Positions 1-10,109 of a stretch of 59,744 nt of DNA are shown in pieces. This stretch comes from a virus (Duplodnaviria; Caudoviricetes), in the IMG/VR virus record IMGVR_UViG_3300025127_000035, positions 1 through 59,744 of that record; one strand, given 5' to 3'. A program made the translations under genes and the position numbers. The number at the start of each line of letters is the position of its first letter. Positions within the stretch are counted from its first letter, which is position 1. The notes below the pieces were generated by a model. That model was given only the letters and a program-made list of their open reading frames with translations, was not told where the DNA came from and ran no database searches.

Positions 1-2
1 TT

Positions 3-1838
3 GAATTAGAATCAGATAATGTCACATATAAGATTGCTCGTAATTTAAACAAGTATACCAGAAAGCTAAAAGGTAAAGAGACCATTGAAGCAAAGGTAGA
101 TTTGGACTTTTCAAAAGAGATTGGTGGCGTGTTTGAGAGTTTAAATGGCACTTCTCGTAATGAGACAGACGCAAACATTAGAAGGAAATTTGGAACCATT
201 GATGATTTTCTATTGACTTCTATGGCTTCTCAGCTTGATTCCTTATCGTTTATTAAAGAAGGATCAACAAAGAGAAAAGAAATTATCGCTAAGTTTCTTG
301 ACTTAGACATCTTTGATCAAAAGTTTAAATTAGCAAAGAAAGATTCTGCTGATGTAAAAACATTGATTAAGAAATTTGAAGCAAAGAATTATCTTGAAGA
401 AATAACTAAAAATCAAGAGCTTCTGGAAGAAATCAAAGAAGCTATCGAGAATAAAAAAACAGAGTGTAGAAAAACAACAAGCTCAATAGAAACCTTTACA
501 AGCAAGTTAAAAGAAGTAGAAGAAATTATATCCTCTATTCCAGCAGAGATTATTGATATTGATAAAGTTAAGAGCGATATTTCTTCTAAAGAACAAGACG
601 CTAAAAGAATCTTACATGAAAGTTTTGATATTGAAAAACAAATATCAGAAAATGAAGAATTCTCACAACAATATGGAATCGTTCTGGAAGAGTTAAATAT
701 TGATCAACTTCTTTCTTTGACTGAGACTTGTAAGACACACAATGACCGCAAAGCAATAATAACACAGAAGCTAAACCAACAATCAAAAGAACTTGATAAT
801 CTTAAATCGAAAGTTAAACTTCTTGAAGAACACGAATATGATCCAAATTGTAAATATTGTGTAAGCAATCAGTTTGTAAAAGATGCTCATGAAGCTTCGA
901 CTAGAATTTTGCCGACCACAAAGATGATCGAAGAATTGCAACAGTTTATTGAAGACATCCAAGAAAAGATTGATTTTATAAATCCAGAAGTCGTTGCTTC
1001 TGATGTTGAGCGACATAGAAAGCTAACTCAAGATGTTGAACAATTACAGAGTCAAAATGAAATAAAACAAATGGAACTTACGTCTAACAAAGATAAGCTT
1101 AATCTTTTAAAGAATGAGATTGAGAGTTTAAAAAACAAGGAAGCGGAATATGAAGAAAACAGAGAAGCCATTGAAAACCTTGGAACACTTACAAGAGAAA
1201 AGAAAGCACTTGAAACAAAGCTATCCCAACTGCGAGAAGTATATACTAAATGTAATGAGCAGTTGCAAGAATGTCTTATTGAACAGGGATCAACCACCCA
1301 AATCATAAAGAACATCGAGAAGGAACTTGAAGAATATAAGGGTTATGAAAATAAATGGGTTGCTTATGAAATGTTTATGCGCTGTATGCATGCTAATGGC
1401 ATTTCATATAATATCATTAAAGATCGTCTTCCAATTATTAACGAAGAGATAGCAAAGGTTCTAGCGAATATTGTTGACTTTGAGGTGTTCTTTGATAATA
1501 CAGACTCCAAGTTAGATATATTCATCAAACATCCAGCATACGATCCACGGCCTCTTTCTATGGCCTCCGGTGCAGAAAAGACTTTGGCTTCCATGGCGAT
1601 ACGACTTGGTATGATTTCAATTACAAATTTACCAGTTGGAAACCTTTTTGTGCTTGATGAGCCAGCAACAGCATTGGATGCCGAGCATATGGAAGGATTT
1701 GTTCGTTTATTGGAGATGATCAAGTCACAATTTAAGATTGTATTGCTTGTTTCTCACCTTGAATCATTAAAAGATGTTGTAGATATGACCGTCGATATAG
1801 ATAAAAATGATGGATATGCGAAGGTTGATTTAAAATAG
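3..1838 (+). CDS. SbcC/Rad50/T4 gp46-like recombination ATPase, 5'-truncated
   Basis: Frame is open from position 3. Long coiled coil with CKYC zinc hook, ABC signature ASGAE, Walker B LFVLDEP and H-loop LVSH. Confidence 0.9.
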   Translation, partial: ELESDNVTYKIARNLNKYTRKLKGKETIEAKVDLDFSKEIGGVFESLNGTSRNETDANIRRKFGTIDDFLLTSMASQLDSLSFIKEGSTKRKEIIAKFLDLDIFDQKFKLAKKDSADVKTLIKKFEAKNYLEEITKNQELLEEIKEAIENKKTECRKTTSSIETFTSKLKEVEEIISSIPAEIIDIDKVKSDISSKEQDAKRILHESFDIEKQISENEEFSQQYGIVLEELNIDQLLSLTETCKTHNDRKAIITQKLNQQSKELDNLKSKVKLLEEHEYDPNCKYCVSNQFVKDAHEASTRILPTTKMIEELQQFIEDIQEKIDFINPEVVASDVERHRKLTQDVEQLQSQNEIKQMELTSNKDKLNLLKNEIESLKNKEAEYEENREAIENLGTLTREKKALETKLSQLREVYTKCNEQLQECLIEQGSTTQIIKNIEKELEEYKGYENKWVAYEMFMRCMHANGISYNIIKDRLPIINEEIAKVLANIVDFEVFFDNTDSKLDIFIKHPAYDPRPLSMASGAEKTLASMAIRLGMISITNLPVGNLFVLDEPATALDAEHMEGFVRLLEMIKSQFKIVLLVSHLESLKDVVDMTVDIDKNDGYAKVDLK

Positions 1839-1843
1839 AGTTG

Positions 1844-1851
1844 ACTATTTA
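1844..1851 (+). promoter_or_regulatory. Putative late promoter motif ACTATTTA
   Basis: First copy of an aCTAnTTA motif that recurs upstream of many structural genes. Confidence 0.6.
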
Positions 1852-1886
1852 CTGTTGTAATTTTATATTTATGGGAGAGTAGAAAT

Positions 1887-2204
1887 ATGAAACTCACAAC
1901 AGAACAACTAAAAAAAATTATTAAAGAAGAACTTGAAGCTATCATGACCGAAGACTTAGAAGTAGTCGCAGATATGCTCGGTGATAAAGCTGAACAAGCT
2001 AAACAAGGTTGGAAATCTAATAAGCAAGCAGCCATTGCCGGTCAAAATTTTCTTAAAGCCAAAGGAATGGATAAAGCATTAATGCAGTATAATGGAATGT
2101 TAATGGCTGGTAATCAGTCTCTTATTTCTGTATTATCTAATATGTTGAAACATGTCGCACCAGAAGGCGAAGAGTTTGTGAATCATGTGGCTAGATCAAT
2201 TTAA
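1887..2204 (+). CDS. Hypothetical protein with MKLT..LKKIIKEE leader (putative internal head protein)
   Basis: GGGAG RBS. N-terminus MKLTTEQLKKIIKEELEAIMTE is shared with several other ORFs. Confidence 0.7.
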   Translation: MKLTTEQLKKIIKEELEAIMTEDLEVVADMLGDKAEQAKQGWKSNKQAAIAGQNFLKAKGMDKALMQYNGMLMAGNQSLISVLSNMLKHVAPEGEEFVNHVARSI

Positions 2205-2219
2205 AGAAAGGATAATAAT

Positions 2220-2429
2220 ATGGTACAAGCACTAAAAGAAAAAACCGGAAGTGTAATCGACAGAATGCTTGAAAAAGCAATCTCAAGAAAGCTTCTTGTA
2301 TTTGCAACAGCAACAGGTCTCATGGCCTACTCGCTTCTTGACCCAGAAACTTGGGGCTTGATTGCGATTGTTTATGTTGGTGGTCAATCGGTCATCGACA
2401 CTGTGAAGGTTTACAAACACGGAGAATGA
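2220..2429 (+). CDS. Putative holin
   Basis: 69 aa, two hydrophobic segments after an SRKL motif, charged C-terminus; adjacent to a spanin-like gene. Confidence 0.55.
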   Translation: MVQALKEKTGSVIDRMLEKAISRKLLVFATATGLMAYSLLDPETWGLIAIVYVGGQSVIDTVKVYKHGE

Positions 2430-2836
2430 GTTTTATGTCATGGTTGCTGATTAAAAAATGGTGGGATATTGCTTCTGTTTGGTGTCGGCAACATTGGCGT
2501 TGGCTTGTGATGTTAGCCGCTCTTGTTATTGTTTATCTTCTTGGTAAGAGACAAAACAGAGTAGAGCTACTCCAAGCCAAACTCGCTCTTAAACACTATC
2601 AGCAAGAAAAGGATGCTATCATAAAAGCATACGAGACTGAAAAGAAACTTCGCGAACAAGCAAAGCATAAATATGATAATGCGATGTCTACTATTCGCGA
2701 GAAGTATAAAGATGATTTCAATTCTATGAACATGCAAAAAGAAGCAGAGATTAGAAAGAAATTAAAACAGGCAAAAAATAACCCTTCCGAAATTGATAGA
2801 ATTTTAGAAGAAGAATTAGGAATAAAACAATCATGA
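2426..2836 (+). CDS. Membrane-anchored coiled-coil protein, Rz/i-spanin-like
   Basis: ATG overlaps the holin stop (ATGA). N-terminal TM (WLVMLAALVIVYLLG) followed by a charged helix. Confidence 0.5.
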   Translation: MSFMSWLLIKKWWDIASVWCRQHWRWLVMLAALVIVYLLGKRQNRVELLQAKLALKHYQQEKDAIIKAYETEKKLREQAKHKYDNAMSTIREKYKDDFNSMNMQKEAEIRKKLKQAKNNPSEIDRILEEELGIKQS

Positions 2837-3234
2837 AATTAACAGCAAAAATACTTAAAAAAATTATTCAAGAAGAAGTACAGAAAGAGGGCCACTATCA
2901 CGACATGGGCGGCGAAGACGAAATGTACAATGTTCTTGACATGCCCAAGCGATTATCACCAAAAGAAATCTTTGGAGAGTTTCAAAACTTTGTGGAAGTA
3001 AATAACCTTAGTCGTGAAGATGTTGAAGGAATGGTTGAGATGCTTTTTTCTGATGTGATGGATGTGCCACTTAATGAATCACCATCTATGGAGCATATCA
3101 CACCAGAAAACATTATGATGGTTATCAGCGTTCTTAAAGACCTTGGTCTTTTAGCTGTACCAGCAGCCGCTGCTGCGATGGGAATCAGCAAGATGTTGGA
3201 CAAGACAGGTAAAGAGGAGCTTCCAGAAAAATGA
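2833..3234 (+). CDS. Hypothetical protein with MKLT..LKKIIQEE leader
   Basis: MKLTAKILKKIIQEEVQKE; ATGA overlap. Confidence 0.7.
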   Translation: MKLTAKILKKIIQEEVQKEGHYHDMGGEDEMYNVLDMPKRLSPKEIFGEFQNFVEVNNLSREDVEGMVEMLFSDVMDVPLNESPSMEHITPENIMMVISVLKDLGLLAVPAAAAAMGISKMLDKTGKEELPEK

Positions 3235-3653
3235 AACTGACGGCTAAATTACTGAAAAAACTTATTCAAGAGGAGCTTGAAACAATTCAAGAGGATGGAC
3301 ACGAAGATGTTTCCTCCGCTCGTCGTAAACTAAAAACAACAATTGAAGACGCATCAGAGATTTTACAATCATTAGAGTCTACACCAGAACAAGAACTCCC
3401 AAGTTGGTGGATGAGTAAGATTACAATTGTCGGTGAGTATATTAATAAAGCCAGAGACTATCTGCTAGTCAGTGGTGATTCAATGACCGAAGTTGAAATC
3501 GGACCCGGTGATCAAACCATTCAAGGTTTGGAGCCACAACACGATGAAGAAAATAGAGTTGATCGTATGAGACAGAAAGCAATTGAACTTATTTATAATA
3601 TGAGTCCACTGGAATTGCAAGATCTATTAAAACAAATTAACCCAGAAACTTGA
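3231..3653 (+). CDS. Hypothetical protein with MKLT..LKKLIQEE leader
   Basis: MKLTAKLLKKLIQEELETIQE; LPSWWMSKIT helical domain. Confidence 0.7.
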   Translation: MKLTAKLLKKLIQEELETIQEDGHEDVSSARRKLKTTIEDASEILQSLESTPEQELPSWWMSKITIVGEYINKARDYLLVSGDSMTEVEIGPGDQTIQGLEPQHDEENRVDRMRQKAIELIYNMSPLELQDLLKQINPET

Positions 3654-3678
3654 CAAATTATAAAAAATATGTTATAAT
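3650..3678 (+). promoter_or_regulatory. Sigma70-type promoter
   Basis: TTGACA (3650), 17 nt, TATAAT (3673), with a TG extension. Confidence 0.8.
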
Positions 3679-3707
3679 ACATTCATCCTTTTAATCATGG
3701 AGTCAAC

Positions 3708-4139
3708 ATGAAGTATTTACTTATGGGCGCATTGCTTACTTGGTCTTCTGCCGCACACGGAGAAGATGAAAAACCTAAATTTAATAATATCAAACAAGGC
3801 GAAGCCGCACCATTTGATGGGCGGCTTTTTAACGATGCTGCTGTATCCAAGATTATTGTTGATAATCAATTTGAGAATCTTGAATGTAAATTAAGAGTTG
3901 ATTTCGAGATTGGCCAAGTAAGAGCCGAAGAGCAATATAAATACGATGTCCTTTATGCTAAATCAGAAGCAGATAATCAACGATTTACTGATGTGATTAA
4001 TATTCGAGATGAGCACATTCAGAGTTTAGAAAAGTATGTTCGCCCCACGACAGCACATTGGTGGGCTATTGGTGGTTTCACAGTTGGCGCGGGGGCAGCA
4101 ATCGGCATCATGTATGCGATTAAACCGGGGATTCAATGA
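3708..4139 (+). CDS. Exported protein with signal peptide and C-terminal TM (possible spanin component)
   Basis: Signal-like MKYLLMGALLTWSSAAHG, coiled coil, C-terminal hydrophobic WWAIGGFTVGAGAAIGIMY. Confidence 0.6.
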   Translation: MKYLLMGALLTWSSAAHGEDEKPKFNNIKQGEAAPFDGRLFNDAAVSKIIVDNQFENLECKLRVDFEIGQVRAEEQYKYDVLYAKSEADNQRFTDVINIRDEHIQSLEKYVRPTTAHWWAIGGFTVGAGAAIGIMYAIKPGIQ

Positions 4140-4513
4140 ACAAAAAAGATCCGAATTATACAGTAAAAGTTGAGAAAGCAATTGCGAAGAAATATGGTGA
4201 AGAAACAATACAACACCCGAAGAGCAATTGGACAGATGAGAAAGAAAAAGAGTATTTGGCTCAACTAAAAGAAACACACAAATACTATGAAGACAAAGAA
4301 GATTTTGATCGTGAAGAAGTAAATGGGGTTTTTATTCCGAAAAAACTACTTAATAAAGAATCCGAGCGATCTTGTCCGGTCTGTAATACATACTCTTTTA
4401 AATCAAACGATGATGTCTATATGACGAAGTTTGATTGTTGTGAAAAGTGCTACATACAATGGATTGAAGGTCGGGAAGATAGATGGAAAAAAGGATGGAG
4501 ACCCCCAAAATGA
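4136..4513 (+). CDS. Hypothetical Zn-finger protein
   Basis: CPVC...CCEKC; overlapping start/stop on both sides. Confidence 0.7.
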   Translation: MNKKDPNYTVKVEKAIAKKYGEETIQHPKSNWTDEKEKEYLAQLKETHKYYEDKEDFDREEVNGVFIPKKLLNKESERSCPVCNTYSFKSNDDVYMTKFDCCEKCYIQWIEGREDRWKKGWRPPK

Positions 4514-5220
4514 AATTGACCAAAGATGTTCTTAAAAAAATTATTCAAGAAGAAGTAGCCAATATAGAAGAAAGAAACCACCCAGTGCGATCAAAATATA
4601 GAGTTGCTGGCGTTGGCTCATTTGAAGACACCGATTGGTATGAAACGGGAAAATTAAGAGATCGTGAAGCAGCTATGGATGCGGCAGATGCTGAAGAATT
4701 TGAAAGGGGAGAGCGCAAGAGAAGATACGAGAAAGAAAAGGAACGAGGCAGACAGAGAGAACTTGATCGTCAAAAGGACATGAAAAGAGATGCAGCTAAT
4801 CGAGAAGATGAAGAACAAAAAATTAAAGGTGCTCTAAGAGGTGCCGCAAAAGCTCTTGGAATGAGCCCTTCATTTAAACCTTCAAATTATTCCACTGGAG
4901 AAATATTAGATTTTATTAACTCCAATCAAGACAATAGCGAACTTATAAACGTATATCGTAACAATATCAACATTGTACCAGATGCAGATGGTATGAAAAG
5001 GATGGGACTTAAAAAAGCTATAGAATTTGTAAATGCACTTGATTCTGCTGGTGTTGATACCCTTAGTATCAACCAATTAAAAAGAGCGATTGATAAGCGT
5101 GGCTTCTTGAAAAAAACAGGTGCATTTTTGACCGGAAAGGGTTTCAATGAAGACATCACAAAAGAAGATATACAAAAAATGGTTCAAGAAGAACTTGAAG
5201 CCGTAACTAAAGGAAACTAA
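4510..5220 (+). CDS. Hypothetical protein with the leader at the N-terminus and a second copy at the C-terminus
   Basis: Likely start 4510 (ATGA overlap). MKLTKDVLKKIIQEEV ... ITKEDIQKMVQEELEA. Confidence 0.7.
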   Translation: MKLTKDVLKKIIQEEVANIEERNHPVRSKYRVAGVGSFEDTDWYETGKLRDREAAMDAADAEEFERGERKRRYEKEKERGRQRELDRQKDMKRDAANREDEEQKIKGALRGAAKALGMSPSFKPSNYSTGEILDFINSNQDNSELINVYRNNINIVPDADGMKRMGLKKAIEFVNALDSAGVDTLSINQLKRAIDKRGFLKKTGAFLTGKGFNEDITKEDIQKMVQEELEAVTKGN

Positions 5221-5223
5221 AAC

Positions 5224-5766
5224 ATGAGTTCAAACACATTAAAAATCGTACAAGGTATCGCACAAGCAGCCGCAAATGCTTATGACGGCTCACATGATGA
5301 GCGATATGCTGCCGATGGAAAAGCACGAAAGATTGGTCTCAATCGTGAAGAAGGTGATCCTATTCTTGATAAAAGAGTCATTGATGGATTCAAAGTCAAA
5401 TTTTCTGGTGATGCGATGTGTATTGTGTATCAATCAGATATTATGCTTAAAGATATTTATGCTGGTGGATTTGAAGCCGAGATGGAAAGAAAAATTAATG
5501 ATATTAAAAAATTCTTACAAAAAGAATACAAAGCCATTACTGGTGAATCAGTTAGAATTACCCCTGTAAAAGATGAAGAAATTAAAGTTCTTGCTCAATC
5601 AGTTTCTCGCGTTCGTTCTTTTGTACAAGCTTACCGATGGTTTAAAATCTCTGGTGTTGATTCAGAACCAATCTTGTCTCCTTCCGAGGACACAGTTGAT
5701 AAAGCAGTCAGAGATTTTCTTTCTCTTAACTCTAACAAGAGGCCAAACAACGACACTAGGAAATAA
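5224..5766 (+). CDS. Hypothetical protein upstream of terminase
   Basis: 180-aa ORF with AAGGA RBS, coupled to the terL start. Confidence 0.7.
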   Translation: MSSNTLKIVQGIAQAAANAYDGSHDERYAADGKARKIGLNREEGDPILDKRVIDGFKVKFSGDAMCIVYQSDIMLKDIYAGGFEAEMERKINDIKKFLQKEYKAITGESVRITPVKDEEIKVLAQSVSRVRSFVQAYRWFKISGVDSEPILSPSEDTVDKAVRDFLSLNSNKRPNNDTRK

Positions 5767-7349
5767 TGTCCTTTAAGCTTTCAAAAAAGGAGATTGTAAA
5801 AGAAATCCTTAAGTGTGGTAAAGATCCAGTTTACTTTACAAACAATTTTTGTAGGATCTCGCACCCGCTCAAAGGTCTCGTTCCGTTTAAAACTTATCCA
5901 TATCAAGATGATCTGTTAAACGATTATAACGATTTCCGCTTTACAGTTATCCTAAAAGCTCGACAGTTGGGGATCTCAACTATTACAGCCGCATATTGTG
6001 TGTGGCTTATGTTGTTTCATCGTGATAAAAATGTTTTGGTTATCGCGACTAAATTTGCAACTGCTGCTAACTTGGTAAAGAAAGTAAAACACATCATGAA
6101 AAATTTACCACCTTGGTTGCAAGTGGCTACAATTTCAATCGACAATAGAACATCATTTGAGTTGTCAAATGGCTCTCAAATCAAAGCGGCATCTACCTCT
6201 GGTGATGCTGGTCGTTCTGAAGCACTTTCGCTTTTGGTAATTGATGAGGCTGCACACGTTGATGGTCTAAAAGAACTATGGACCGGTTTATATCCCACTC
6301 TATCAACTGGTGGTCGCTGTATAGCACTTTCAACCCCAAACGGTGTTGGTAACTGGTTTCATAAAACCTATGTTGATGCTGACAGTAAGGAGAATGATTT
6401 TCATCCTGTCTGTCTTCCTTGGGATGTTCATCCCGAAAGAAATCAAGAATGGTTTGAGAAAGAGACAAAGAATATGTCTCGGAGACAAATAGCACAAGAG
6501 CTAGAATGTAACTTCAATACATCAGGTGATACTGTTATTCATCCTGATGATATTGCTTGGTTAAATCAAACAATTAGAGAACCAGTATATAGAACCGGTT
6601 ATGATAGAAACTTTTGGATTTGGGAGAAATTTGAAGAAGGTAGCACTTATTTGCTTGTCGCTGATGTTGCAAGAGGCGATGGTGCTGATAATTCTGTATT
6701 TCATGTTTTAAAATTAGAAACAATGGAGATCGTAGCCGAATACCAAGGCAAGCCTAATCTAGACATGTATGCTCAAATGTTATATTCAGCAGGCACAGAA
6801 TATGGAAACTGCCTTTTGGTCGTTGAAAACAATGGTATTGGTATATCCATCTTAGAAAAACTAATTACTCTTGGATATTCGAATCTTTATTATTCAATTA
6901 AATCGACACATGAGTTTGTTGAATCTGTTCAAGGTGAAGCCATGGACGGAGCAATAGCAGGTTTCACAACCTCTACCAAAACTCGTCCCTTGATTGTTGC
7001 AAAACTTGAGGAGTTTATAAGAAATAAAATGCTAAATATTTATTCATCAAGAACTTTTCATGAATTTAAAACTTTTATTTGGAAAAACGGAAAACCACAA
7101 GCCATGCGATCATATCACGATGACTTGGTTATGTCTTTGGCTATTGCTTGCTGGGTTAGAGATACCGCACTTCAAGTAAACGAGCGAGATGTAGAATATA
7201 AAAAAGCAATATTAAATTCTATGTATCTAAACAAAACCACAATGAATACCGCCATTAAAGGTATGAATGGATATGGTTTAGATATAAAGGAAAAACAATT
7301 AGAAGCAAAACAACAAATGAAAGATTTCGTTTGGATTTTTAAAGGATAG
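5766..7349 (+). CDS. terL: Terminase large subunit (T4 gp17-like)
   Basis: YPYQ adenine-binding motif, KARQLGIST Walker A, LLVIDEAAH Walker B, STPNG, nuclease ADVARG and HDDLVMS. Confidence 0.95.
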   Translation: MSFKLSKKEIVKEILKCGKDPVYFTNNFCRISHPLKGLVPFKTYPYQDDLLNDYNDFRFTVILKARQLGISTITAAYCVWLMLFHRDKNVLVIATKFATAANLVKKVKHIMKNLPPWLQVATISIDNRTSFELSNGSQIKAASTSGDAGRSEALSLLVIDEAAHVDGLKELWTGLYPTLSTGGRCIALSTPNGVGNWFHKTYVDADSKENDFHPVCLPWDVHPERNQEWFEKETKNMSRRQIAQELECNFNTSGDTVIHPDDIAWLNQTIREPVYRTGYDRNFWIWEKFEEGSTYLLVADVARGDGADNSVFHVLKLETMEIVAEYQGKPNLDMYAQMLYSAGTEYGNCLLVVENNGIGISILEKLITLGYSNLYYSIKSTHEFVESVQGEAMDGAIAGFTTSTKTRPLIVAKLEEFIRNKMLNIYSSRTFHEFKTFIWKNGKPQAMRSYHDDLVMSLAIACWVRDTALQVNERDVEYKKAILNSMYLNKTTMNTAIKGMNGYGLDIKEKQLEAKQQMKDFVWIFKG

Positions 7350-7354
7350 AAAAA

Positions 7355-9301
7355 ATGGCATCAAGAAACAATAATGGAAAAAACCCTTACAATGAAGAGT
7401 CTGGATTGTTTAAATCTTTAACTAGATTGTTTTCTGGCCCCCTGACACAAAGAAGAACACAATCGGGGCGTCAACTGCGTAGAAGGCACCTAGACATATA
7501 TTCGTCTCAATTTAAATCCGCATCAGGACAACAATTTAAAAAGTCTGAATATAATCCAATGAATGTCACAACTTTAAACATGATTGCAAACCGAAATCGT
7601 GCTGAAAGATATGTTGATTTTGATCAAATGGAATACGAACCAATTATCGCTTCTGCTCTTGATATTTATGCTGATGAGATGACAACGCATTCGTCTCTAC
7701 AACCAATGTTAAGAATCAAATGCCCAAATGAAGAAATTAAATCTATTTTACATTCTTTATATCACAATGTATTAAATATTGATCATAATCTTTTTGGTTG
7801 GTCTCGCACGATGTGCAAATATGGAGACTTCTTTTTATATCTGGACATCGATGATAAGCGAGGTATTACCACATGCATTGGATTACCACCACAAGAGATT
7901 GAGAGATTAGAAGGAAAAGACCCAACAAACCCAAATTATGTACAATTTCAGTGGAATAGTGCTGGAATGACATTAGAAAATTGGCAGCTTGCACATTTTA
8001 GAATACTTGGGAATGATAAATATGCCCCCTATGGCACTTCCGTTCTTGAACCGTCTCGACGAATTTGGAGACAACTAACTTTGCTTGAAGATGCTATGAT
8101 GGCTTACCGTATTGTTAGAAGCCCAGAGCGAAGAGTTTTTAAAATTGATGTTGGAAATATCGCACCAAACGATGTAGAACAATATATGCAGAAAGTTATG
8201 ACTCAAATGAAGAGACATCAGGTTGTCGATCCAAAAACAGGCCGAGTTGATCTTCGTTATAATCCTCTTTCAATTGAAGAAGATTATTTTATTCCTATTC
8301 GCGGTGGAACCTCTGGAACAGAAATTATAAATCTACCCGGTGGTCAGTTCACTGGAACTGTGGAGGATGTAAAATATTTAAGAGAAAAGCTATTTGCTGC
8401 TCTCAAAGTGCCGCAATCATATCTTGTAATGGGTGAGGGCGCACAAGAAGACAAAACAACTTTGGCTCAAAAAGATATTCGTTTCGCAAGAACAATTCAA
8501 AGATTACAAAGAGTTGTAATTGCAGAGCTTGAAAAAATTGGAATTATTCATCTTTTCACATTAGGTTTTCGTGGCGATGATCTTCTATCTTTTGATTTGG
8601 CTTTGAATAATCCTTCTAAAATTGCTGAACTTCAAGAACTTGAACACTGGAAAACTAAATTTGATGTCGCAGGCGCGGCTACCGAGGGTTTCTTTTCAAT
8701 GCGTTGGATTGCTGAGCACATGTTTGGTGTTTCAGAAGATGAATTTATTAGAATGCAAAGAGAAATGTTTTACGATAGAAAGTTTATGGCTTCGCTTGAG
8801 GCTGCTGGTCAAGCTCCCGAAGGCGGTGGAGCCGGTGGGGGTGATCTTGACCTCGGTGGCGATGATGCCGGTGGGGGTGATCTTGACCTCGGTGGTGACG
8901 ATGCAACTCCTGCTGAAACACCTGATCTTGGTGGCGATGATGCTGGTGCTGCTGCTGGTGGTGGCGAAGGAGATGACGATGTTCTTCTTGCTGCCCCCGG
9001 TAAACGAGACGACGATAAGTCAAGAGGCCCATATAAGAAACATCAATTAAAATATCGCAAAGGCGGCATGGCCAAACAAATGAAAAATCAAGCTACGGGT
9101 GAGTATGGAAACACCACCAGAAGTATATTTAAAGGCAAAACTGGTTTCGGTGGATTAGATTCATTAGCCAGAGGCATAACAGAAAATAAAACACTAGATA
9201 AAATAGAAGAAGAAAAACTATTTAATACATCAGCAGAAGTAAACAAACTTCTAGAAAGTTTAAAACATTTGGAGAACAAAGAGAATGAGAGTAAAACATA
9301 A
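7355..9301 (+). CDS. Portal protein (T4 gp20-like)
   Basis: EDAMMAYRIVRSPERRVFKIDVGN, EEDYFIP, LPGG, LKVP motifs. Confidence 0.95.
   Translation: MASRNNNGKNPYNEESGLFKSLTRLFSGPLTQRRTQSGRQLRRRHLDIYSSQFKSASGQQFKKSEYNPMNVTTLNMIANRNRAERYVDFDQMEYEPIIASALDIYADEMTTHSSLQPMLRIKCPNEEIKSILHSLYHNVLNIDHNLFGWSRTMCKYGDFFLYLDIDDKRGITTCIGLPPQEIERLEGKDPTNPNYVQFQWNSAGMTLENWQLAHFRILGNDKYAPYGTSVLEPSRRIWRQLTLLEDAMMAYRIVRSPERRVFKIDVGNIAPNDVEQYMQKVMTQMKRHQVVDPKTGRVDLRYNPLSIEEDYFIPIRGGTSGTEIINLPGGQFTGTVEDVKYLREKLFAALKVPQSYLVMGEGAQEDKTTLAQKDIRFARTIQRLQRVVIAELEKIGIIHLFTLGFRGDDLLSFDLALNNPSKIAELQELEHWKTKFDVAGAATEGFFSMRWIAEHMFGVSEDEFIRMQREMFYDRKFMASLEAAGQAPEGGGAGGGDLDLGGDDAGGGDLDLGGDDATPAETPDLGGDDAGAAAGGGEGDDDVLLAAPGKRDDDKSRGPYKKHQLKYRKGGMAKQMKNQATGEYGNTTRSIFKGKTGFGGLDSLARGITENKTLDKIEEEKLFNTSAEVNKLLESLKHLENKENESKT
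8831..8902 (+). repeat. 36-bp tandem repeat (two copies) in the portal C-terminal region
   Basis: GCCGGTGGGGGTGATCTTGACCTCGGTGG(C/T)GA(T/C)GAT twice, encoding AGGGDLDLGGDD. Confidence 0.85.
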
Positions 9302-10109
9302 TAAGAAAAGAAACACCGCTTTTCTTTACGAATCATTAATTACAGAATTAACAAAAGCAATTGTCCGAGGACAAGAAGACAAAAAACAAAATGTCTTGGA
9401 GACCATTAAAAAATATTTTAATGCCGACTCTCCATTAAAGAAAGAATTGGAAATCTACAAATCTGTATTAGAGGCAGATAAGATGTCTCCAAATCTTTCT
9501 CAAAGGTTTTTATTTGAAGTCAAAAAAGATTTTAATAATCTTGATAAGAAAGAAATCTTCAACCAACAGACAGCTTTGATTAAAGAAATAAATGAGTCAT
9601 ATTCAAGTTCTGTTTTCTCAAACTTTATTTCAAACTATAAAAACATCGGATCTTTGTATCAGTATTTTAATTCAGAGGGTGCTAATGCTAAAACTCGTTT
9701 GATTTTGGAACAAAGAGTTGTTGGAATACTTGCTTCTACAAAGACAGAAGAAAAGCAAGAAATGAAACATATTGATAGTTTGGAGTATAAGACATTTGTT
9801 AATAAATTTAATGAAACTTATGATAATACCCTTCGCAAAGAACAAAAGGACCTGTTAACAAACTATATTACTTCCTTCTCAGACAATGGCCTTGGCCTTA
9901 AATCGTTTCTAAACGAAGAAGTGGCCCGACTCAAAGAGCAAGTTACAAAATGTTCCAAGACAGATAAAATTAAAAATAATAAAGAATTCTATGACAATAC
10001 CCAAAGAGTTCTTGAAAAGCTTGAAAGTTATAAAAAAACTCCGATTACCGAAGAGTTGGTAAAAGAAGTGTTTTATATTCAAGATTTTGTTTCTGAGGTG
10101 CTCGAATAA
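9285..10109 (+). CDS. Helical hypothetical protein of the head module (possible prohead core component)
   Basis: Overlaps the portal end; KHNKKRNTAFLYE N-terminus; position in the head operon. Confidence 0.65.
   Translation: MRVKHNKKRNTAFLYESLITELTKAIVRGQEDKKQNVLETIKKYFNADSPLKKELEIYKSVLEADKMSPNLSQRFLFEVKKDFNNLDKKEIFNQQTALIKEINESYSSSVFSNFISNYKNIGSLYQYFNSEGANAKTRLILEQRVVGILASTKTEEKQEMKHIDSLEYKTFVNKFNETYDNTLRKEQKDLLTNYITSFSDNGLGLKSFLNEEVARLKEQVTKCSKTDKIKNNKEFYDNTQRVLEKLESYKKTPITEELVKEVFYIQDFVSEVLE

Noticed and set aside
8831-8902. 36-bp repeat as a CRISPR array
   Set aside because: Two adjacent copies without spacers, in frame within the portal gene.
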